Below, one piece after another: positions 1 through 5,348 of a DNA stretch of 6,029 nucleotides; the stretch's first letter is position 1; every line of letters begins with the position of its first letter. The notes below the pieces were generated by a model. That model saw only the letters and a program-made list of their open reading frames with translations. It was not told the DNA's origin and ran no database searches. Both the position numbers and the translations under genes were made by a program. The DNA lies in the IMG/VR virus record IMGVR_UViG_3300020030_000002, positions 1 through 6,029 of that record. The stretch is one strand, 5' to 3'. This stretch comes from a virus.

Positions 1-121
1 GCCACCACGAATAAGGGCGGCTCCGCCGAGACTGCCAGCGACTCCAACAAGAGCCTTGCCGATCTCAAGATACGGATCAAGCTTGGCATTACGGAGGGCA
101 ATACGAGCTTCTTCGGGGAGA
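1..121. repeat. Terminal redundancy, copy A (circular-genome assembly overlap)
   Basis: A base-by-base comparison shows 1-121 is identical to 5909-6029. It lies inside the VP2 coding sequence, so it is not a biological repeat element. Confidence 0.96.
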
Positions 122-1197
122 AATTCTGAAGCTTTAGATTGATTAATTTCGGTCTTGTCATAAAAGTCTTTAAGAGACATAGAAATCTTAAAAGTCTCAG
201 GACCAGGATTACCACGCTGGATAGGGTTATTCGAACGGACATTAGCGCTGTAGGCAGGATTCGGGATCTCAATCTCAAAACGCTTATCCCATTGACGAGA
301 AAGCTCATTAGCGAGATCAAGATTGTTAATACGCTGTCCTTCCTCATTGGCAGAAGCAAGATCAGAGAGAGATTGATTGAGAACACCCTGCGTTTCAAGA
401 ACGAGGACTCGAGCTTTGACCATGCGCTCGACGTACGAACCCTGAATGCGAAGTTGTCTTAATTCTTCTTTAGCCGTTTCGGCAAACGCCTTAACCTCCT
501 CAACGCGAGCGTCGAGTGTGAGAGAGAGTAAAGTATTGTTAAGATCATTTAAAAGACGCTCAGACTTAAGTGCAGCAGCGGCCTCAATTTCCTTATTAGC
601 AAGGGCTTCGTCGACAGCCTTAGAGGCTTCAGCACGAGCCTTATTAAACTCAGGTTCAAAAGTATTACTACGAATATTTGCAGCCTCAGCATCATCACGA
701 TTAGCGGCGGCGACGTTGCGGTCGGCAGTCGAACGGGCGAGCATATTCTGTGCAATAGCCGCAGGGTCGGAAACGGGGCCAAAACCCGAGCCACCAGAAA
801 AAGTACCTGAAGGTCCGGAGGCAGAGGGCATAGACGCAGAACCACCTGACATAGTCGCATTTACGCCAACACCCGAAGAACCAAGAACGGCAGCGGGGGT
901 TACGCCAGCTTTTAAATAACGATCGAAAACCTTCGTAGGATCATTGTAAGCGTTCTCATAGTCAAACTGCTTCTGCCAGTTAGCATAGGAAAGTTCAGAT
1001 TGTTTTTGCATTTGCTCTAAAGCATATTTCTGCTGAAGAGCCATCTGTTTCTGCTGAAAACGCCACTGACGACGAGCGTTCATACCGCCAAAAAGCTGAC
1101 CAAGAGCGCCAGAAATTAGACCGGTAGTGCCCGTAGAGGCAGCAGCCTGACCGAGAGATTGACCAAAAGATGCAGCGGAAGCACCAGGAATAGCCAT
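1..1197 (-). CDS. VP2: DNA pilot / minor capsid protein VP2, N-terminal 399 codons. The ORF leaves the window at nt 1 and continues at 5908.
   Basis: I translated this by hand from the ATG at 1197..1195 and found 399 sense codons with no stop down to nt 1 (MAIPGASAASFGQSLGQAAASTGTTGLISGALGQLFGGMNARRQWRFQQKQMALQQKYALEQ...). An in-frame TAA at 1212..1210 bounds it upstream. It has a Gly/Ala-rich hydrophobic N-terminus. The segment YENAYNDPTKVFDRYLKAGVTPAAVLG matches the YNxP...R...AG(L/V)xP signature I recall from gokushovirus VP2. It also has a long Ala/Glu/Leu-rich helical region. It is absent from the supplied ORF track only because it is truncated by the window edge. Confidence 0.85.
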   Translation of the reverse strand, partial: MAIPGASAASFGQSLGQAAASTGTTGLISGALGQLFGGMNARRQWRFQQKQMALQQKYALEQMQKQSELSYANWQKQFDYENAYNDPTKVFDRYLKAGVTPAAVLGSSGVGVNATMSGGSASMPSASGPSGTFSGGSGFGPVSDPAAIAQNMLARSTADRNVAAANRDDAEAANIRSNTFEPEFNKARAEASKAVDEALANKEIEAAAALKSERLLNDLNNTLLSLTLDARVEEVKAFAETAKEELRQLRIQGSYVERMVKARVLVLETQGVLNQSLSDLASANEEGQRINNLDLANELSRQWDKRFEIEIPNPAYSANVRSNNPIQRGNPGPETFKISMSLKDFYDKTEINQSKASEFLPEEARIALRNAKLDPYLEIGKALVGVAGSLGGAALIRGG

Positions 1198-1198
1198 A

Positions 1199-1390
1199 CT
1201 ATATACGAGTTAAATTATTAGAACGAATGATATAATCAACACGCACAGTATCGATGTGAACGCCACTACGCTGCATCCTAGCCTGGGCAGAACACGAAGC
1301 AAGAAAAAAGGCAGCTAAAGCAGCAACGATAGACGAAATGAGCGTCCAAAAAGCCTTCGACTTATAGAAGGGTGGTCTAGTATCAGACAT
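1199..1390 (-). CDS. Small predicted lipoprotein (63 aa), function unknown; candidate lysis or superinfection-exclusion factor
   Basis: ATG at 1390..1388 and TAG at 1201..1199, one nt before the VP2 ATG. The product is MSDTRPPFYKSKAFWTLISSIVAALAAFFLASCSAQARMQRSGVHIDTVRVDYIIRSNNLTRI. It has a basic n-region (K10, K12), an ~18-residue hydrophobic core, and then L30-A31-S32-C33, which matches the lipobox [LVI][ASTVI][GAS]C. The Cys codon is at 1294..1292. It occupies its own non-overlapping slot in a densely packed genome. Confidence 0.6.
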   Translation of the reverse strand: MSDTRPPFYKSKAFWTLISSIVAALAAFFLASCSAQARMQRSGVHIDTVRVDYIIRSNNLTRI

Positions 1391-1416
1391 AGAAATAAAA
1401 AATTAAAGAACGATAG

Positions 1417-1494
1417 AAAAATGCGCGGCCTCTCCGGCAGTCGTTACCAATAACCTCTAACAATTCACGAACTCTTGCAAGAGGGGTCCGCGCA
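1417..1494 (-). terminator. GC-rich long-range stem followed by a T5 tract on the coding strand; leaky terminator and/or ssDNA structural element
   Basis: Read on the minus strand: TGCGCGG-acc-CCTCT, then 46 nt, then AGAGG-CCGCGCA, then TTTTT (1421..1417). That gives 7 + 5 bp of complementary arms with a 3-nt bulge. The interior contains the perfect 12-nt palindrome CTCTTGCAAGAG (1472..1483) and a third CCTCT copy (1454..1458), which allow alternative folds. It lies in the 134-nt gap between the 98-aa and 63-aa ORFs. Confidence 0.4.
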
Positions 1495-1524
1495 CGTAAC
1501 ATATATCGTCAAGTAAAGAAAACG

Positions 1525-1821
1525 CTATTTTTCTTCAGAATTAGAGGAATTCGAGGTAGACTTAGCCTTATCGAGCTGAGAATCAATGAGTTCCTGTCCA
1601 ACCTCGAGACCGTCGAACTTATCCATGCGAGAGAAGGAGTTAGGATCAAAATCGATATCGGGATTAAACCTCTCTCCCTTTTCAAAGTCGGAAGGTTCGG
1701 CTATCACATCCGGACGGCCGGGAAGTACATCAACAGAACCAGAGCCGTTAAGAACGGAAAGGATACGCTGACCACGAGAGATATAGGCGGGGGCATCCTC
1801 AAGTAACCAATCAAGTGCCAT
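1525..1821 (-). CDS. Acidic 98-aa protein; possible internal scaffolding protein (VP3-like)
   Basis: ATG at 1821..1819, 11 nt after the VP1 stop; TAG at 1527..1525. By my count it has about 20 Asp/Glu against 10 Arg/Lys. The segment DPNSFSRMDKFDGLEVGQELID loosely recalls the R-x-D-(R/K)-F-(D/E) segment I remember from chlamydiaphage-type VP3 scaffolds. That recollection is from memory only and the assignment is weak. Confidence 0.65.
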   Translation of the reverse strand: MALDWLLEDAPAYISRGQRILSVLNGSGSVDVLPGRPDVIAEPSDFEKGERFNPDIDFDPNSFSRMDKFDGLEVGQELIDSQLDKAKSTSNSSNSEEK

Positions 1822-1832
1822 AGATTAATATA

Positions 1833-3623
1833 TTAACGATTAGACAAACGGGTAGCAAATGTTTTATTAACTAAGTTCTTCTTCTGAACAGAGTACGAAA
1901 GGTTGATGAAAAAGTTATCTTCCGACTTAGACAGAAACGGGGAGTTTACCTGATTAATATCCACAAACAGAAGAGAGTAATACTTATTGTAGCTCGCTGA
2001 CAAAACACGCTGTTGAACCCAATAAGAATAAAGAGGCGTACTGTTAGCGGCACCTTGGAATAGAGACAACTGGCCAAGAACTTCGTCATACGAGGATCGA
2101 AACTCGTTAAAGCATGGTTCGTAAGCCACAGCCTCCGCGGCTGAAGTGGTTCCGAAGCCGAACTGGAACCCAGGAACATCCTGATATCCAATGTCATTAT
2201 AAATCGGATTAAAATAATCAGCACCGGTGTAATGGAGATAGTCGGGGTAAACGCCTGCCCAATAGTAGACGGGACGAATACTCAGCATATCGATCAAATA
2301 ACCAGGTTCGCGGAAGTAGTAGGACTGTCGACGACCAAGGCGATCGTTAAAAGCAATAGCACCACCCTGCTGGCCAAGAGGCGGAAAGCCTTCTGAGCTG
2401 TCAAAATTGCCATTACCTGCTTGATTCATAATTACCTGAACATTAATGGTCTGCGACGCACTAAACAGGAGCTTAGGCCGATCGACGTGTTCAATCTTTG
2501 ACGCAAAGAAAGTTTCCAGCCAGTCGCTATAGCGAGAACCGCCAGCGCCGAGAAGGTCTTTATACTCCTGAAGCCGCGAAGCGATAGCTAACTGCGGTAT
2601 AGTCGAAACGCCAGACATGGAAACGCCCTCGGAACTGCCGACGGGGAGCAGGCGACTGTAGCGGTCAGGGTTTGAAGGTATAACAGCCATCGGATGAGAC
2701 ACAAGGAATGCTCCGAGCGAAGTGACAGTTGTAGTGCCAGCATCGATAGAGAGTTGACCCGCGGGACCTGCAGTAGTCAGTGAAGTACTTCCGGGGTAAA
2801 TGGTAGAAACAGGATAACCATCCCTAGAGGCGGTAATCGTAGCGCCAAGGTCTGAAAGCAATATCTGGGAAAAAAGATTCCCTCTATTGTACGTATTGTT
2901 CGACGACGGCACAGCCGAAGGGTAGAATTGACTCTCAAAATAAGCATCAAGGAATTCAAGGTTTCCGAATCTTTGCGAAAAGAACGTCGAATTAGCGCTA
3001 AACTGAGAGACGTTATACGCAGTACCAGTACTATTAGGAATGAAATACCAACTGCTAGGCCAAGCGAAAGAATAGAGTCCCCACTGGGAGTAGCCGTAGT
3101 AATTACGGACGATATCCCAATAAGCAAGATAAGAATCGGCGGTGCACCAACCTAAAGGATAACCCAATTGAGCTGTCGAAAGGTTCGCCGACATGGGAAC
3201 GTTACTAGAAGTTGTCGACGGAATAGAGGCGGGAACAATGCGTAACCAACGAAGCAATGAATTAGAATAAGGGTAGTTATTGTGGGTGAATGGGTAAGAG
3301 GCGGTTGTCGAAGCAGCAACGAAATTCAAGCTCAAATCATTCATGTCAAACTTGCTGCTATTCGTTCTCATTTCAGGATGGTACAGCTGAAGCGGCACCC
3401 AAAAACGATGCAAGCGAATAGTGAAGGGGTTGAATGTCGGAACGGCGAGTGGATTACTACGAACATCGACGCCTTGCTCAATAGACACACGATCTCGAGC
3501 GTTAATAAAATCGATTCGCACAGGATATAAAATACCCGGCGTGCACGTAAAGGCTTTGCTCTCAGGAACATCGTAACGAGAGTAGCCATTTACAGCGTGT
3601 GAAATAAAAGGTTGTTTTCCCAT
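1833..3623 (-). CDS. VP1: Major capsid protein VP1 (phiX174 F-like jelly-roll capsid protein), 596 aa
   Basis: Several conserved Microviridae capsid blocks are recognisable. These include TPGILYPVRIDFI, RSNPLAVPTFNPFTIRLHRFWVPLQLY (the PL..P....H.F(F/W)VP block) and SYLAYWDIVRNYYGY (the aY..Iwn.YY block). Also present are IASRLQEYKDLLGAGGSRYSDWLETFF (the LQ.w.e...r.G.RY.e.l..fF block) and FREPGYLIDMLSIRPVYYW. It is the largest internal ORF, and its ATG at 3623 lies 3 nt after the Rep stop. Confidence 0.96.
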   Translation of the reverse strand: MGKQPFISHAVNGYSRYDVPESKAFTCTPGILYPVRIDFINARDRVSIEQGVDVRSNPLAVPTFNPFTIRLHRFWVPLQLYHPEMRTNSSKFDMNDLSLNFVAASTTASYPFTHNNYPYSNSLLRWLRIVPASIPSTTSSNVPMSANLSTAQLGYPLGWCTADSYLAYWDIVRNYYGYSQWGLYSFAWPSSWYFIPNSTGTAYNVSQFSANSTFFSQRFGNLEFLDAYFESQFYPSAVPSSNNTYNRGNLFSQILLSDLGATITASRDGYPVSTIYPGSTSLTTAGPAGQLSIDAGTTTVTSLGAFLVSHPMAVIPSNPDRYSRLLPVGSSEGVSMSGVSTIPQLAIASRLQEYKDLLGAGGSRYSDWLETFFASKIEHVDRPKLLFSASQTINVQVIMNQAGNGNFDSSEGFPPLGQQGGAIAFNDRLGRRQSYYFREPGYLIDMLSIRPVYYWAGVYPDYLHYTGADYFNPIYNDIGYQDVPGFQFGFGTTSAAEAVAYEPCFNEFRSSYDEVLGQLSLFQGAANSTPLYSYWVQQRVLSASYNKYYSLLFVDINQVNSPFLSKSEDNFFINLSYSVQKKNLVNKTFATRLSNR

Positions 3624-3626
3624 AAA

Positions 3627-4697
3627 TTAAATGTTTAATTGAAGTTTATAATGATCTCTCCAAAACTGAAGAATATCCAAATCTAACCAAGTAGGAGGAT
3701 CAAGGTCAGGCATCTTCCGAGAAGACGCGGCAAAACGCATTATTTGCTTTTGCTCCCAGATATACGAAGCTCTACGGGATACGGCGGAACTGAGACCGAA
3801 CCGGTCAACACACAAAGACACAATACGCTTAACCAGAGGAGACTTGCTAAAACGTGCATAACAATCAGCAGAGGCAATCGAGCGAAAAACCTCGTCTTCC
3901 GGTTTAAAATACTTAAAATAGTATCGAGGGATCGAGTAATTATAATTGATACGCCGCGCAAAATCAAAATAAGACCACGACGAAACACTAGCAGAAGGAC
4001 GAGGCATATAACCAAGAAAATCACCAACGCCAGAAGATACGAATTTTCGCGTATAACGGCGATGTTGGAGGAGGATAGATAAAGGAGTAACGTTTCCATT
4101 TACAGTAACATATTTATCCGAAATTTCTTCGGGGTTAAATTCAATTTGTTTAGTAACATATTTAACACAATAACGGGCTCGCTTATGGGTGGCCTTCGTT
4201 AACCAAACAAAACCAAGGCCACGAACAGCAGAACGAATTGTATTATAAAGGACATTTGTGCCAAAAAGAAAGCCATGAAAGTGCAATCGAGGCTCATTTC
4301 CCATTTCGGGGTGTGTGCCAAACTCTTGAAAAAAAGCGTGCTTAAATGAATGACCGAGTTTATGACGCAAACGCTCATTGAAACGACGAATGAATCGAGA
4401 AGGGTCAAGTAGGGCTTCATCGTAATAACTCGGATCAATCGTTATTGTAACAAAAATAGACTGCCGGCCATCAGCCTTACAACGAGCAAGCTCGCGCTCT
4501 AGGCGAACAAACCAATCATTACGCTGACGACGCAAGCAGTCTTCACACTTTCCACAGGGAACCATCAACCATTGGCGGGAAATATCCCAGGGGCGAAGGG
4601 CTAAAGCTGACTTGGCGACATCGGAGCCATTACGACAAGGGTTTTTCTTATCGAAATAACGACGATTTCGTATCCATATGGGAGATGAACAAGGCAT
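3627..4697 (-). CDS. VP4: Rolling-circle replication initiator VP4 (phiX174 gpA-like HUH endonuclease), 356 aa
   Basis: The N-terminal Cys motifs are MPCSSP and VPCGKCEDCLRRQRNDW (Cys-rich, typical of gokushovirus-type VP4). Motif I is FVTITID. The HUH motif is RLHFHGFLF, with HFH at 4283..4275. The two-tyrosine catalytic motif is ARYCVKYVTK, with YCVKY at 4172..4158 (compare phiX174 A, YVAKYVNK). Confidence 0.95.
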   Translation of the reverse strand: MPCSSPIWIRNRRYFDKKNPCRNGSDVAKSALALRPWDISRQWLMVPCGKCEDCLRRQRNDWFVRLERELARCKADGRQSIFVTITIDPSYYDEALLDPSRFIRRFNERLRHKLGHSFKHAFFQEFGTHPEMGNEPRLHFHGFLFGTNVLYNTIRSAVRGLGFVWLTKATHKRARYCVKYVTKQIEFNPEEISDKYVTVNGNVTPLSILLQHRRYTRKFVSSGVGDFLGYMPRPSASVSSWSYFDFARRINYNYSIPRYYFKYFKPEDEVFRSIASADCYARFSKSPLVKRIVSLCVDRFGLSSAVSRRASYIWEQKQIMRFAASSRKMPDLDPPTWLDLDILQFWRDHYKLQLNI

Positions 4698-4897
4698 TAA
4701 AAAAGGCTTTTAAGGCAATCAAACTTAACATAAGGGTTAGTACGGCGACAACGAACAAGATAATCATTCGCAGAAGTTTCGTCGGCAAACCAAGCGATAA
4801 TAACTCGCTTTCGGCCGCGGTACGCGCCAACAGAATAACGATGAGGAACACTATTAACGTTAAGAGAATATCTAGGTCTGAAATCGAAATAATCCAT
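4697..4897 (-). CDS. Small basic protein (66 aa), unknown function, apparently translationally coupled to Rep
   Basis: ATG at 4897..4895. The stop and start overlap as TAATG at 4699..4695, sharing nt 4697 with the Rep ATG. The composition is diverse and non-repetitive (MDYFDFRPRYSLNVNSVPHRYSVGAYRGRKRVIIAWFADETSANDYLVRCRRTNPYVKFDCLKSLF), with 12 Arg/Lys against 6 Asp/Glu by my count. It is the first ORF after the strong terminator. Confidence 0.6.
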   Translation of the reverse strand: MDYFDFRPRYSLNVNSVPHRYSVGAYRGRKRVIIAWFADETSANDYLVRCRRTNPYVKFDCLKSLF

Positions 4898-4931
4898 AAT
4901 TTAAAAATATACCTTACATTAAACAGTGAAT

Positions 4932-4989
4932 AAAAAAAGCCCACAGGAGATGAGCAGTCTCCTGGGGCTCAACGAGTTAAAGAACTCGT
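4932..4989 (-). terminator. Tandem-hairpin rho-independent terminator on the coding (minus) strand
   Basis: Read on the minus strand, the first element is ACGAGTT-cttt-AACTCGT (4989..4972), a perfect 7-bp stem. The second is GCCCCAGGAGA-ctgctca-TCTCCTGtGGGC (4968..4939), an 11-bp GC-rich stem with one bulged nt and a 7-nt loop. TTTTTTT (4938..4932) follows immediately. It starts 25 nt downstream of the stop of the 107-aa ORF. Confidence 0.7.
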
Positions 4990-5013
4990 CCTCCAAGCGG
5001 GCGGGTCACTACC

Positions 5014-5337
5014 TTAGTGCCCTTTCCCTTCTTCTTTCGACGTGCTTTCATCCTGAGCAAAATCATAATCAAACGTAAGAACAAGCGTATTCTCGAAAAA
5101 TTCGATCGAAAAACCAGAACGCAAAATCAAATCCTTTACAAGATGAGAAATACGAGAATGATAAATATAGGGCGAATCAGAAATACTAGAATGCTCTACA
5201 TAATTAGAAACAGGCGTATGAGCGAGAGAGTCAAGAGGAATTTTCTCAAGACGGTCATCTTTGATGTAGCCGACCTGAACAAGATCGATCGAGAAAGCCG
5301 GATTGATACGGCGAATGACAACATGAATCTGTGGCAT
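5014..5337 (-). CDS. Hypothetical protein (107 aa from the first ATG), accessory, unknown function
   Basis: The track lists 5014..5388, but that start is a TTG (5388..5386) overlapping the upstream gene. The first ATG is at 5337..5335, 11 nt after the upstream stop. The product is MPQIHVVIRRINPAFSIDLVQVGYIKDDRLEKIPLDSLAHTPVSNYVEHSSISDSPYIYHSRISHLVKDLILRSGFSIEFFENTLVLTFDYDFAQDESTSKEEGKGH. The composition is balanced and I recognise no family. Confidence 0.55.
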   Translation of the reverse strand: MPQIHVVIRRINPAFSIDLVQVGYIKDDRLEKIPLDSLAHTPVSNYVEHSSISDSPYIYHSRISHLVKDLILRSGFSIEFFENTLVLTFDYDFAQDESTSKEEGKGH

Positions 5338-5348
5338 AATAATATAGT

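Noticed and set aside
1-121. The 121-nt direct repeats at both ends, read as LTR-like, att-like or transposon ends.
   Set aside because: The copies are exact and sit at the extreme contig ends. An ORF continues in frame through the implied junction, and no integrase or transposase is present. An assembly overlap of a circular genome is the simpler explanation.
549-860. Minus-strand 103-aa ORF embedded in VP2 in another frame.
   Set aside because: Its Leu/Arg/Pro-rich composition is typical of an off-frame reading of a GC-richer Ala/Gly/Ser region. There is no independent start context and nothing protein-like.
139-919. Two + strand ORFs from the track (139..462, 107 aa; 446..919, 157 aa).
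   Set aside because: They are antisense to the uninterrupted 399-codon VP2 frame. Their products are low-complexity Ser/Ala/Leu/Arg strings, the mirror image of an Ala/Glu/Leu-rich helical protein. They appear prominent only because the real minus-strand ORF is edge-truncated and therefore unlisted.
1485-1520. Possible dif-like XerC/XerD site (GCGCAcgTAA-CATATA-TCGTCAAGTAA), as used by lysogenic gokushoviruses.
   Set aside because: The left arm and AT-rich centre superficially resemble E. coli dif (GGTGCGCATAA-TGTATA-TTATGTTAAAT). However, the left arm needs a 2-nt insertion and the right arm matches poorly on either strand. The similarity is too weak to call without the host's own dif sequence.
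1586-1771. + strand 61-aa ORF.
   Set aside because: It is antisense to the 98-aa acidic gene, Ser/Pro-rich, and lies on the strand that carries no supported gene.
1825-1836. Perfect AT-only palindrome TTAATATATTAA at the VP1 stop / 98-aa start junction, reminiscent of the AT-rich core of the phiX174 origin.
   Set aside because: It is short and low in information, contains the VP1 TAA stop, and matches the phiX174 origin only in being AT-rich. It most likely just reflects the AT-rich translation-initiation context.
1946-3589. Five ORFs inside VP1: 1946..2224 (-), 2777..3127 (-), 3368..3589 (-), 2928..3155 (+) and 3282..3530 (+).
   Set aside because: All lie wholly within the confidently identified capsid gene, either off-frame or antisense. 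Their compositions (Leu/Ile/Phe/Arg-rich) follow from the T-rich coding strand, and none has motifs or any obvious start context.
3740-4438. ORFs inside Rep: 3740..4099 (-), 3744..4082 (+) and 4199..4438 (-).
   Set aside because: They are off-frame or antisense within VP4. 4199..4438 starts with TTG, and its hydrophobic tail is explained by the T-rich bias. I mention it only as a long-shot embedded membrane ORF under the 4648..4944 finding.
4898-4931. Promoter for the 66-aa/Rep/VP1 block immediately after the terminator (TATATTTT near 4910).
   Set aside because: It is only a 7/8 match to TAnnTTTG, lies just 6 nt from the ATG, and has no -33 element. A promoter probably exists hereabouts, but I cannot place it from sequence alone.
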